Notes under the pieces: generated by a model
The model's database searches: none
What the model was told of the DNA's origin: nothing
The model's input: only the letters and a program-made list of their open reading frames with translations
Translations under genes and position numbers: made by a program
Shown here: positions 33,452 through 41,828 of the stretch, piece after piece
Numbering within the stretch: position 1 is the stretch's first letter
Layout: each line of letters opens with the position of its first letter
Assembly (NCBI GenBank): GCA_016207115.1
Contig: JACQQI010000026.1
Span: 1-61,188 of the forward strand
Origin: Candidatus Nealsonbacteria bacterium
GTDB lineage: Bacteria > Patescibacteriota > Minisyncoccia > Minisyncoccales > GWA2-46-15
Direction of reading: 5' to 3'
Length of the DNA stretch: 61,188 nt

Positions 33452-33919
33452 CTAGTACTTAATCTTTTTTATCTTATAGACGATCTTCGGATTGACGCCG
33501 ACGACGACTTCGTCGCCCACCCTGTGCCCCATCAAGCCCCTCCCAACCGGACATTCGTTGCTGATCCGGCCCAGAGAAGGGTTGGCTTCGAGACTACCGA
33601 TAATCTCCAGCTCATCGGTCTCGCCGTCGATCTCCACCATTACCTTAGCCCCCAAACCGACGACGCCCTGTTGGTCTTTGGCTGGAAGCTTAATCAATTG
33701 GACGTCCTTTAAGATTTCCTCGAGTTCGATGATGCGCGCATCTAAGAGGTCCATGTCTTCCTGGAAAGCCAAAAACTCCGGATTGATATCCTCGGAGTGA
33801 AAGATTCGCGGTGATTCGCCCCTGGTTTTAAAAACCTTGAGCCGTAAAAGTTCAGTGAATTCTTTCTCCAATCTCGCCCTCCCCTCCTTGGTCAGGAAAA
33901 ACTTACCCCGGTTACCCAT
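33452..33919 (-). CDS. greA: Transcription elongation factor GreA/GreB family
   Basis: 155 aa. N-terminal coiled-coil (LTKEGRARLEKEFTELL) and a C-terminal ISNECPVGRGLMGHRVGDEV. Confidence 0.8.
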   Translation of the reverse strand: MGNRGKFFLTKEGRARLEKEFTELLRLKVFKTRGESPRIFHSEDINPEFLAFQEDMDLLDARIIELEEILKDVQLIKLPAKDQQGVVGLGAKVMVEIDGETDELEIIGSLEANPSLGRISNECPVGRGLMGHRVGDEVVVGVNPKIVYKIKKIKY

Positions 33920-33959
33920 ATTGGTTCTTTAAGTGATAATCTGGAAACTTGCCCTTGCT

Positions 33960-33988
33960 ATCTTAAATCCGCTCCGTTTTTGTGTCAA
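33960..33988 (-). promoter_or_regulatory. Sigma70-like promoter upstream of greA
   Basis: Minus strand reads TTGACA (33988..33983), a 17-nt spacer, then TAAGAT (33965..33960). Confidence 0.5.
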
Positions 33989-34061
33989 TCCTGCCTACCT
34001 CAAATTCCCATATCCTAGGACAAAACAACCGGCTCGTCAAGGCGAGTGTTTTTCGGCAAAG

Positions 34062-34084
34062 AAAAAACGGGCCGCTGGGGCCCG
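34062..34084 (-). terminator. Intrinsic terminator after the CxxC mini-protein gene
   Basis: Minus strand reads CGGGCC-ccagc-GGCCCG followed by TTTTTT. Confidence 0.65.
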
Positions 34085-34130
34085 CTTCCTCTTTTGGTCT
34101 ACCTCGCTCGCATCGAGGCTAAGACCTCTC

Positions 34131-34262
34131 TTATCTGCCAAAAGATTGCCTTCTTTTCGCGTGGCAGTCTCGACAGAAGATGTCGCGACCGGGCGAGGGC
34201 TCAAAGGGGAGTTCGGTGATCTTGGCTCCGCACTCGGAGCAAGCCCAGTCCCCTTGATACAT
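34131..34262 (-). CDS. CxxC-x17-CxxC zinc-ribbon mini-protein
   Basis: Hand translation: MYQGDWACSECGAKITELPFEPSPGRDIFCRDCHAKRRQSFGR. A possible GTG start at 34307 adds (M)FQKFDPAGRGFERK. The pattern C-x2-C..PF.P...R...C-x2-C matches the family common in CPR genomes. The track ORF 34037..34294 is a different frame. Confidence 0.65.
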   Translation of the reverse strand: MYQGDWACSECGAKITELPFEPSPGRDIFCRDCHAKRRQSFGR

Positions 34263-34488
34263 CTTCCGTTCGAAACCTCTTCCGGCAGGATCAAATTTCT
34301 GAAACACTCTGATTTGAAGAAGTCCTTAGAAAATTCTGTTTTTGTCGAACTTCTTCTTTTACTGGTTTACAAAAGCGACCTTTGCCTGAAAGCCGCTTAA
34401 CTTTACTTTGTTTTCGAGTCGCTCTTCGAGCGCCTCAGAAATTCAAAACAAATTTAGATTAAGACGATACTTCTCGGCTGATCAGATA

Positions 34489-34531
34489 ATAACGGACAGG
34501 GTGCCCGATATATCGGATCTTATCCGTTATA
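34489..34531 (+). repeat. Family-1 repeat, copy E
   Basis: ATAACGGacagggtGCCCGATATATCGgatcttatCCGTTATaa, with arms ATAACGG/CCGTTAT. Confidence 0.65.
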
Positions 34532-34561
34532 ACTCATTATTAACCAGATGTCAAGAGTTTC

Positions 34562-37060
34562 TCAGAAGAGGCTCTTTTGCTTGCTAATTATTTTTTGTTC
34601 TCCCTGGTTAAAAATTCTGACCCGGCCGTAGAGGCCGTCGTAGCCGGGTTCGATTACCAATCGACCCTCTCTGACTCGAGAAATACCTTCGGCAATTTCG
34701 GGTAGAGTTAGGGCGGTCAGATCAGAGAGACTGGCTTCAGTCAAAATGCTGAACTCGCTGCCCATCTTTTTGATCAAACTATGATATTCTTCCTCAACTT
34801 TCTTGGCGCCCGGCAACAAACCCAGGGCCTCGGCGATGATCTCTTCCAGGGGCACCAGGCTTTTGAAAGGGATTCTCCCGACGGGACTCGAACCTTCGGG
34901 CCGATCCGCCAATTCCTCAACCCGGCTCAGAACGCCGATAGTCAAAGATTTGCCGCAGACCGGGCAGGTTCCGCCAGATTTCTTTGTCTGTTCGGGTGAG
35001 AAGGAAACTTGACAAAGCCGATGACCGTCGTAATGGTATTTGCCCTCTTCGGGAAAAAACTCGATGGTATAAATCAGCTTCAGGTTCTGGCCCATCTTCT
35101 TGATAGCCTTAATGACCTCGGGATAGCTCAGGGCCGCACCTTCAAAAACGTTGGCTTCCCGGCCAATCTTTCGGAGCGAGTGAGAATCGCTATTAGAAAT
35201 CAGGGTGTATTGGTCGAGCGCCGAGAGCCGCCAATTCATCTTCGGATCTGAGGATAAGCCCGTTTCCAGGGCGAAAATGTATCTCGAATAATCCTCGAAG
35301 CACTCTTCGACCGAGTCGAATCCCGACTTGGAACCGAAGACCGAGAACCACGGAGTCCAGCAATTATGGACGGTGGCGAATTCGGTAATATAAGAATTGT
35401 CTTCTTTTACCTCTAGATTAAAAACGTCACCGCGATAACTATTTTTATCTATATTTCTGACCGGCAGGTAGATATAATTTTCATCTATCCAGCCGTTTTT
35501 TCTGATGGTTTTGTAATTTGATTGCGCAAACTCCTTTTCCCTCAAGAGATTAAATTTATCCTCGAAGAAAGATAATCTTGAGAACATGAATAAATCGTTA
35601 TTCGCTGAAATCTTTCTTCCATTTATGAAATGCCTACCTCGTTTTTCATACTGAGCTCTAGTATTAACGTTGATTGACGGTACCACGCCTAACCGCAAAA
35701 GAATAATCTTCATCTGGTTCATCAATGTCCGAGAAACTGTCGAACCGTGGTCTCCACGCCACCATCCCCGGAAGATTTCCACCTGTTTTTCTAACGGTAA
35801 TTCCAACATCCAGGTCGGCAGCATTTTCGAATGGGCCTTTTTATCAGACAAACTGTAGAATAAATGACCAAAAGCGTTGTATAAAATCTTTGAAAAATAA
35901 ATAATCTCGACTCCGCCGACGCCTTCCTTTTGGACAATCCGGCTTGGCTCAATGTCAAATATTTTTTTCATCAAAGACTGGAGATCGGCGATATATTCTT
36001 TTTCTCTATCAGAAAAACAAAATGCGATTGCGTCGCGATTATTAGTATAACCCTCAGATAAATAGTAGCCGACTAAACGACAAAAATCTTTGTCAACCGT
36101 TATCGCTTGAGGCAACCAAGTAACCTTAAAACCAATGGGGGCAATTTTATTTTCTTTAAATTTGATCGGGATCGGATTAACAACTTGAGTCAAATCCAAA
36201 AACTCTTGATCTTTAATGTTCCGGAATCGCGGAAATAGTAAAATATCCCCGATCTTGATTTTATCGGCCGGAATCCATTGCGGTTTTGTTCCTCGAAAAT
36301 ATTCCCGTTTTAGTTGCTCGCCATAATAATTAGATTGTCCCTGATAACAGTCGTTCCGCATAGCCAAATAGGGATGTTCAGGAGTTGTGGCCAAACCCAA
36401 CCTGAAGTAAGACGGTCTAATCGTATAAATCAAGCCGTGATATGCTCTCTTGAGAACGTTTTCTACTCTTTTTGTCTTTCCGGTATGCGTGTAGACAAAA
36501 TCACCGATTTTAATATCCTTAATCTGTCTCATGCCGGTTTTAGAATGAATATAGGCATCGGGCAACAAGCAATGCGCCGGCACGACGACCGAGGCGGGCG
36601 AGAGCTGAAGAATGATTTTGGTCAATTCTTTAGCGTCGATTCCCAAGATCGGCCGGCCATCCGCCTTCAGATTACCCACCCACTCGAGCCGAGAATTGAT
36701 CTTTTCTACCGACTCCAGGCTAGGAGAAATGACCAGGAGGTGAATCTTGCGCACGCGATTGTTTTTGCTGTAAATGCAGCTGATTTCGGTCGTCAGGATG
36801 AAGCGAGTTCCTTCGGCTCCCGCGCCGAAACCATTGTTGATTTTCGCTCGCGTTTTTGGCTTTAATTTAAAAAGACCGGGCTCGGCCGGTTCTAGTCCTT
36901 CTTTTAATTCTTTAAACCAAACGGGATGAGTGAAGTCGCCCGTGCCCAAAAGACTGATACCCTTAACGCTCGCCCACCTGGCCAGATTCTCAAGATTTAT
37001 CTCTTTAGAAGTGGCGCGGGAAAAACGAGAATGAATATGAAAATCGGCGACGAATTTCAT
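34562..37060 (-). CDS. endoQ: Endonuclease Q (PHP-domain, TIGR00375-like) interrupted by an intein
   Basis: 832 aa. Extein N-terminus MKFVADFHIHSRFSRATSK...LLGTGDFTHPVW. Extein resumes at CWTPWFSVFGSKSGFDS. C-terminal zinc motif CPVCGK. The extein total of 429 aa fits EndoQ size. Confidence 0.65.
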   Translation of the reverse strand: MKFVADFHIHSRFSRATSKEINLENLARWASVKGISLLGTGDFTHPVWFKELKEGLEPAEPGLFKLKPKTRAKINNGFGAGAEGTRFILTTEISCIYSKNNRVRKIHLLVISPSLESVEKINSRLEWVGNLKADGRPILGIDAKELTKIILQLSPASVVVPAHCLLPDAYIHSKTGMRQIKDIKIGDFVYTHTGKTKRVENVLKRAYHGLIYTIRPSYFRLGLATTPEHPYLAMRNDCYQGQSNYYGEQLKREYFRGTKPQWIPADKIKIGDILLFPRFRNIKDQEFLDLTQVVNPIPIKFKENKIAPIGFKVTWLPQAITVDKDFCRLVGYYLSEGYTNNRDAIAFCFSDREKEYIADLQSLMKKIFDIEPSRIVQKEGVGGVEIIYFSKILYNAFGHLFYSLSDKKAHSKMLPTWMLELPLEKQVEIFRGWWRGDHGSTVSRTLMNQMKIILLRLGVVPSINVNTRAQYEKRGRHFINGRKISANNDLFMFSRLSFFEDKFNLLREKEFAQSNYKTIRKNGWIDENYIYLPVRNIDKNSYRGDVFNLEVKEDNSYITEFATVHNCWTPWFSVFGSKSGFDSVEECFEDYSRYIFALETGLSSDPKMNWRLSALDQYTLISNSDSHSLRKIGREANVFEGAALSYPEVIKAIKKMGQNLKLIYTIEFFPEEGKYHYDGHRLCQVSFSPEQTKKSGGTCPVCGKSLTIGVLSRVEELADRPEGSSPVGRIPFKSLVPLEEIIAEALGLLPGAKKVEEEYHSLIKKMGSEFSILTEASLSDLTALTLPEIAEGISRVREGRLVIEPGYDGLYGRVRIFNQGEQKIISKQKSLF
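35363..36571 (-). mobile_element. Intein (403 aa) with LAGLIDADG homing-endonuclease domain
   Basis: Residues 164-566: CLLPDAY (block A), TTPEHPY (block B TxxH), LVGYYLSEGYT and FRGWWRGDHGS (two LAGLIDADG-type motifs), VFNLEV...ATVHN followed by +1 Cys (blocks F/G). It is inserted between PAH and CWTPW of the PHP active-site region. Confidence 0.85.
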
Positions 37061-37069
37061 TCTGAAAAA

Positions 37070-37435
37070 TTAATCTTTGAGCAACTTTATTCCCAGCCCC
37101 GCGACCTGGCTACCGGCAAAAATGAGAAGGCTCGTGAAAACCGACCAGCTGAGGAGATTTAAAAGCTTGGGCAGATAGTCGGCCGGAAGAATCTTCTGGA
37201 TTTCCCCGCCCATCACTTTTCCGACATCAATCCCGACTAAACCGCCGAGTAAGCCACTGATCCCCGCTTCGGATCCGTTCGAGGCTGGCTTTTGGGTTGA
37301 GGTTGGCGAGACGACAAAAATCGTCGGTGGTTGAGTCGCGTTGGTAAAAACCTGATAGGAAGAGAAGATCCCGTAGAAGATTAGGGCTAGTCCTAAAAGA
37401 AGCAAAAGTAAACCCAACGCCTTGGTTAATTTCAT
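37070..37435 (-). CDS. Hypothetical small membrane protein
   Basis: 121 aa with N- and C-terminal TM segments. No recognisable motif. Confidence 0.4.
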   Translation of the reverse strand: MKLTKALGLLLLLLGLALIFYGIFSSYQVFTNATQPPTIFVVSPTSTQKPASNGSEAGISGLLGGLVGIDVGKVMGGEIQKILPADYLPKLLNLLSWSVFTSLLIFAGSQVAGLGIKLLKD

Positions 37436-37447
37436 TCTGTAGAGAGG

Positions 37448-37726
37448 TTATAGCTTGTAAACCCGATAGCCGTCTTTGACTTTTTCGTTCACCTTCAATC
37501 CGACCGAATCCCCGGCCTTAGCCTGTTCGATCTTCTGGTGTTCAACCTCCATCGAATCGATCGGTTGGGTGAATGAAGTGCCTTCTCCGCCCTCAATGCG
37601 GATAGTGTCGCCGACCTTCAGGGGCTTGGTCAGATCAACGACGGCCACGCCCACGCGGTCAAAGTAATGAGTCACCTTACCGATTAATTCCCCCTCTGGA
37701 TGAGTTTCGCAAGTACCACAGCTCAT
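37448..37726 (-). CDS. Small EF-Tu-domain-2-like (translation elongation factor-like) protein
   Basis: 92 aa. N-terminal CGTC followed by a beta-barrel-like VGDTIRIEG...AKAGDSVGLKV. The start ATG lies within repeat copy B. Confidence 0.45.
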   Translation of the reverse strand: MSCGTCETHPEGELIGKVTHYFDRVGVAVVDLTKPLKVGDTIRIEGGEGTSFTQPIDSMEVEHQKIEQAKAGDSVGLKVNEKVKDGYRVYKL

Positions 37727-37766
37727 AGCAAGTATGATATATCGGGCGGCGTCCCGCCCGCTATAG
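37724..37766 (-). repeat. Family-1 repeat, copy B
   Basis: CATAGCAagtatGATATATCGGGCGGcgtcCCGCCCGCTATAG. The terminal ATG is the start of the 92-aa gene. Confidence 0.85.
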
Positions 37767-37797
37767 TAAAAGGCTTTATGATTTTTTAAAACGACCT

Positions 37798-38487
37798 TTA
37801 AACTGACTCATGACGAACAAAGCAAGAAGGTATTTTCTTTAGAATGGCGAGGGCTTGTTTTTCGTTATCGACAACTCTCCAAAAAAAGAACTCTGACTTA
37901 AGAATGGCCCGATGTTTTTCCATCGGCATTCTTTTCAGCCACTTTTTCAAAGAATTCCAATAATCCCTACCCATAAGGACGATTGGGATTTGCCGGTAGA
38001 TTTTTTCCGTCACGACCAGAGTGGCAATTTCAAAAAATTCGTCGAGGGTACCGAATCCTCCAGGAAAAAACACATAAGCCTGAGAGGCGTGGGCCAACAT
38101 CACCCTTCTGACAAAAAGGTAATGAAGACAAATGCTTTCTTTAACGTAAGAATTTCTTTGCTCCTGTCGGCCCAATTCCAGGTTGATGCCCACGGATTGA
38201 CCGCCCGCTTCAAAGGCGCCCCGGTTGGCGGCTTCCATCGCTCCCGGTCCGCCGCCGGTCAGAACGACTATTTTTTCTTTGGCCAAAAGGCCTCCCAACC
38301 TTCTCGCTTGTTCGTACTCCCTTTCCCCCTCTTTATCTAAATGAGAGCCGAAGATGGAAACGGTTCGTTCGTTTTCAAATCTTTTGAGAAAATTAAAGCC
38401 TTTTTGGAACTCGGCCATCACCCTTTTGAGGCGCTGCTTATCCCCCGGATCGTAGTCGTAAAATGGAAAATCGTTACGAGATTTCAT
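37798..38487 (-). CDS. LOG-family (TIGR00730) nucleotide phosphoribohydrolase-like protein
   Basis: 229 aa. TGGGPGAMEAANRGA and PGGFGTLDEFFE signature. Confidence 0.8.
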   Translation of the reverse strand: MKSRNDFPFYDYDPGDKQRLKRVMAEFQKGFNFLKRFENERTVSIFGSHLDKEGEREYEQARRLGGLLAKEKIVVLTGGGPGAMEAANRGAFEAGGQSVGINLELGRQEQRNSYVKESICLHYLFVRRVMLAHASQAYVFFPGGFGTLDEFFEIATLVVTEKIYRQIPIVLMGRDYWNSLKKWLKRMPMEKHRAILKSEFFFWRVVDNEKQALAILKKIPSCFVRHESV

Positions 38488-38696
38488 GTTGATACCTCAT
38501 TTTACCATACCGGGTAATAAAAACCACAAACCGCGCCAATCGGCACGGTTTCTGGTTGAGAAGGGAGGAATAGTCTTGATGAATTCGGCATGTCTTTTGA
38601 TCCCGCCGGACATGGCAGGAAAGGCGCCCTTAGTCTCCTTCATTAAAACTATTTGTCCTTAGAGAATAGCATCTCGCACCCCCTTCTCGATCCCAG

Positions 38697-38729
38697 TATA
38701 GCGCCCGACGATATATCGGGCAAGTACCG
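38697..38729 (-). repeat. Family-1 repeat, partial copy F next to the tRNA 3' end
   Basis: TATAGCGcccgaCGATATATCGGGCAagtaCCG. The second arm is missing. Confidence 0.55.
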
Positions 38730-38738
38730 TACTTTAAG

Positions 38739-38810
38739 TGTCCCCACGAGGATTCGAACCTCGATCTCGACCTCCGGAGGGTCGCGCCTTATCCATTAGG
38801 CAATGGGGAC
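38739..38810 (-). tRNA. tRNA-Arg (anticodon CCG)
   Basis: Hand-folded cloverleaf of GTCCCCA TT GCCT AATGGATA AGGC G CGACC CTCCGGA GGTCG AGAT CGAGG TTCGAAT CCTCG TGGGGAC A. CCA is not encoded. Confidence 0.9.
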
Positions 38811-39500
38811 TTTTCGAGCGATCAGGTAAAGGTTTAATCTTCGGCCCTTTTCGCTCTTTGCAACGCCTGATTTAACGATTTCTAGGCCCGAGTTTCTAAT
38901 GAGTCTCTGCAATTCTTTCAACCGAAAAAGATGATAATACCTTTTTGTCTTTCTGCCCCAGGGGATCATTACATCCAGCCAGTCTAGTTTTGATCTTCTA
39001 ATTAATTTCAGAAAGCTATGCTTCAAAACCGATTTAACTAAGACGAAAAAGCGGGGACGCCAAACGCTCAAAAACAATAATCCGCCGGGCTTCAAAACTC
39101 TGACGGCCTCGCCGACAACTCTTCTTTGTAGTTCCTTACCAGGAATGTGATGCAAGACCGAAACCAGAAAGACTTTGTCAAAAGAATCATCAAGAGAAGG
39201 CAGTCGAGTAGCGTTGGCCAATGAGAAACTCCTATCTGGGTGTCTTCTCTTTGCCTCTTGCAGTTGTCCAGCAGAACTATCGATGCCTAAATATTCTATG
39301 TCTTTATGACCAATGATTTCTAGGAGCCGTCCAATACCACAACCAACGTCAAGAATCTTATCTTCGTTTTTGGTATAATCATTAAAGATGCTAAATAATT
39401 CGGGCCAAAGGTTATAGTTTGCCCGAGAGAAGTCTTCGATAATCAAATCGTAATCTTTCTTGGTCTTTTCTAATAATTCTCTCGCCAGTTTCTCTTCCAT
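38796..39500 (-). CDS. Class I SAM-dependent methyltransferase
   Basis: ILDVGCGIGRL motif I. Start set at MEEKLAREL (ATG 39500). The last 15 nt overlap the tRNA-Arg 5' end. Confidence 0.7.
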   Translation of the reverse strand: MEEKLARELLEKTKKDYDLIIEDFSRANYNLWPELFSIFNDYTKNEDKILDVGCGIGRLLEIIGHKDIEYLGIDSSAGQLQEAKRRHPDRSFSLANATRLPSLDDSFDKVFLVSVLHHIPGKELQRRVVGEAVRVLKPGGLLFLSVWRPRFFVLVKSVLKHSFLKLIRRSKLDWLDVMIPWGRKTKRYYHLFRLKELQRLIRNSGLEIVKSGVAKSEKGRRLNLYLIARKVPIA

Positions 39501-41097
39501 GGATGTTTCTGAAATAATCGTCAAAAAATTAGTTAAAAACCGGGTCGTCAAGCCGGAGGACTTGGCGTCATTAAAGCGGGCGTTCGCCAAAGAGTATCAT
39601 CTCTCCTGTCCGAAGAGTTCATCTCTGCTTCAAGCCTATCATAACTTGGTTGACGAAGGAAAGATCGGACGCAGTGAAAATCTGGAAAAACTCTTGCGCA
39701 CGAGAAAAATGCGCTCTCTCTCGGGCATTGTCTCGGTCTCGGTCCTAACCAAGCCCTATCCTTGTCCCGGGTCTTGCCTTTACTGTCCGACTCAAAAAGG
39801 ATTGCCGAAAAGCTATCTGGATGGAGAGCCGGCCGTCATGAGAGCCCTGGCCAACCGATTTGACCCCTATCTCCAGGTCAGAAACCGCCTGGACTCTCTG
39901 CGGGCCACGGGTCACGAGACCGGCAAGATCGAATTAATCATCATTGGCGGTACCTGGTCGGCCCTGCCGGCCCGTTACCAGGAATGGTTCGTGAAAGAAT
40001 GCTTCCGAGCCGCTAACCACCGCCTTCGGTCCACCTCTTTGATTGATGAACAAAAAAAGAATGAGAAAGCGAGACACCGAATAATTGGCGTCACGATAGA
40101 AACCCGGCCCGACTTCATCAACGGAGAGGAGGTAAAAAGACTGAGGAAATTAGGCATCACCCGGGTCGAACTGGGTGTTCAGAGTCTGCGCAATGACGTT
40201 CTCAAAAAGAACCTCCGGGGACACCTCGTTTCTGAAACCATCCGGGCGACCCGCCTTCTCAAAGAGTCGGGATTTAAGGTTTGCTATCATCTCATGCCCA
40301 ACCTCCTCGGGTCCAGCCTGAAAAAAGATGAGGAGATGTTTTCTGAAGTTTTCCAGAACCCCGATTTCCGGCCCGATTTCCTGAAAATTTATCCCTGCGT
40401 CGTCGTCAAAGAAGCGCCCCTCTATCGTCTCTGGCTAAAGAAAAAATACCGATCCTACTCCGACCGCCAGTTGATTGATCTTTTAAAGAAGGTGAAGCAA
40501 AAGATTCCGGTCTGGTGCCGCGTCATTCGCGTCTACCGCGACATCCCATCTTCCTACGTCGTTGCCGGCAGTAAGGTCTCTAACCTGAGGGAAGTCGTCC
40601 TGAAAGAAATGGAGAAAGAGGGCAAAAAATGCCGCTGCATCCGCTGTCGAGAAGCCAAACAGGGTTTCTCTTCTAGAGAAGATCTTCAGCTCTTCCGCCA
40701 GGACTACTCGGCTTCGGACGGCCAAGAGATCTTTCTCAGCTTCGAGGACAAAAAAAGACGATACCTCTACAGCCTTCTTCGTCTTCGGCTGCCTCGGGGA
40801 GATCAAAAAGAAGCGGTCTTTCCGGTCCTAGAGAAAGCCACCCTCATCCGAGAAATCCATACCTATGGACAAGCTTTAGCTCTGGGTGAAAAAACCCGAC
40901 ACTCCCCCCAGCATCAAAGCCTGGGGAAAGATTTGATCAAAGAGGCAGAGAGAATTGCCCAAAAAGAAGGTTTCTCCAAAATGGCGATCATCGCCGGTGT
41001 CGGCACCCGCGGCTATTACCGCCGGCTCGGCTACCGCCTCCGCGACACCTACATGATTAAGCGGCTTTCCGTTTGGACTGCCGAGAGCCGGCGCTAA
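39499..41097 (+). CDS. elp3: Elp3-like radical SAM / GNAT tRNA-modification enzyme
   Basis: CPGSCLYCP radical-SAM cluster motif, IETRPD, KCRCIRCRE and a C-terminal GNAT QHQSLGKDLIKEAERIA. Start set at MDVSEII (ATG 39499). The alternative is TTG 39460. Confidence 0.8.
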   Translation: MDVSEIIVKKLVKNRVVKPEDLASLKRAFAKEYHLSCPKSSSLLQAYHNLVDEGKIGRSENLEKLLRTRKMRSLSGIVSVSVLTKPYPCPGSCLYCPTQKGLPKSYLDGEPAVMRALANRFDPYLQVRNRLDSLRATGHETGKIELIIIGGTWSALPARYQEWFVKECFRAANHRLRSTSLIDEQKKNEKARHRIIGVTIETRPDFINGEEVKRLRKLGITRVELGVQSLRNDVLKKNLRGHLVSETIRATRLLKESGFKVCYHLMPNLLGSSLKKDEEMFSEVFQNPDFRPDFLKIYPCVVVKEAPLYRLWLKKKYRSYSDRQLIDLLKKVKQKIPVWCRVIRVYRDIPSSYVVAGSKVSNLREVVLKEMEKEGKKCRCIRCREAKQGFSSREDLQLFRQDYSASDGQEIFLSFEDKKRRYLYSLLRLRLPRGDQKEAVFPVLEKATLIREIHTYGQALALGEKTRHSPQHQSLGKDLIKEAERIAQKEGFSKMAIIAGVGTRGYYRRLGYRLRDTYMIKRLSVWTAESRR

Positions 41098-41246
41098 AAC
41101 GATAGCGCGAAGGCAGTTTTTTGATCTGCGAACCAGACCAAAGGCGATCGGGGGTGCGGAAAGCGGTTTTCCCTTTTTGGGCGCGATTGGAGGAATAGTT
41201 TTTCATCGTGGTAAATTCATCTTAGCAGATTTATTGACTGGAATGA

Positions 41247-41280
41247 AAACAACCGCTCGGTCTTCTGAGCGGCTGTTTTG
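41247..41280. terminator. Bidirectional hairpin between elp3 and the lipoprotein gene
   Basis: AACAACCGCTC-ggtcttct-GAGCGGCTGTTTTG, flanked by A-runs and T-runs. Confidence 0.55.
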
Positions 41281-41286
41281 CTTTGC

Positions 41287-41712
41287 CTATGCTTGGGGGT
41301 CCTTCTTGAAATACTCCAATGATTGCCACGATTTGCCGTCGTAGCGGAGGAAGATCCGGACGGTCGCCCCTTCGCACGAGAGCGACAATTCCACGGCTTC
41401 CCCAGCGACGGCTTTAACCGCGACTATTTGAGAGCCTTTCTGGGCGGTGTAGCCTCCTAGCCCAAACGAGATTCTCACTTCACCGGCATAGACGATAGTC
41501 GCCCCCTCCTCTTTGATCGCCGACCAGTTGCTGACCGGCGACCAGCGCTGCCCGATCCCCTGGGCCTGCGCCTCCGGAGAAAGCGATGGCTCTTTCTTTT
41601 CTAGCGCGATGCTGCACGTCGGCTGAGCCGTTGACGGCTTTGCCGGTGACGGGGTCGGCGCCGCGCAGGCAGAAAGAGCAAACAACAAGAACAAACAGAT
41701 CCAGCGGTTCAT
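41287..41712 (-). CDS. Putative lipoprotein
   Basis: Start set at MNRWICLFLLFALSACAAP (lipobox LSAC), with SD GGAAGGA upstream. No other motif. Confidence 0.5.
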   Translation of the reverse strand: MNRWICLFLLFALSACAAPTPSPAKPSTAQPTCSIALEKKEPSLSPEAQAQGIGQRWSPVSNWSAIKEEGATIVYAGEVRISFGLGGYTAQKGSQIVAVKAVAGEAVELSLSCEGATVRIFLRYDGKSWQSLEYFKKDPQA

Positions 41713-41828
41713 GGCTATCCTTCCTTTCGGGATTTGAGATGGGCCAACTCTACTAAGAATAATCCCAGATGTCAAGAAAGCAAAAACCCGCTCACGCGGG
41801 CTAAATAAAAACAGAAACAATTACGCCG

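Noticed and set aside
33933-34400. 155-aa plus ORF and 85-aa minus ORF in the greA-endoQ spacer.
   Set aside because: They lack motifs. A different minus frame encodes a convincing CxxC-x17-CxxC zinc-ribbon protein with its own terminator.
38488-38696. Region between tRNA-Arg and the LOG gene: a 38-aa ORF and a terminator-like hairpin (AACCGTGCC...GGCGCGGTT plus a T-run), considered as a small RNA or protein gene.
   Set aside because: The nearest SD-like sequence is more than 20 nt from the ATG. I see no conservation evidence within the window. The hairpin may simply terminate tRNA transcription.
41057-41206. 49-aa basic minus-strand ORF (MKNYSSNRAQKGKTAFRTP...) overlapping the elp3 3' end.
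   Set aside because: It has no SD and overlaps 41 nt of elp3 in antisense. It has no paralog or motif support. It remains possible, but I cannot support it from sequence alone.
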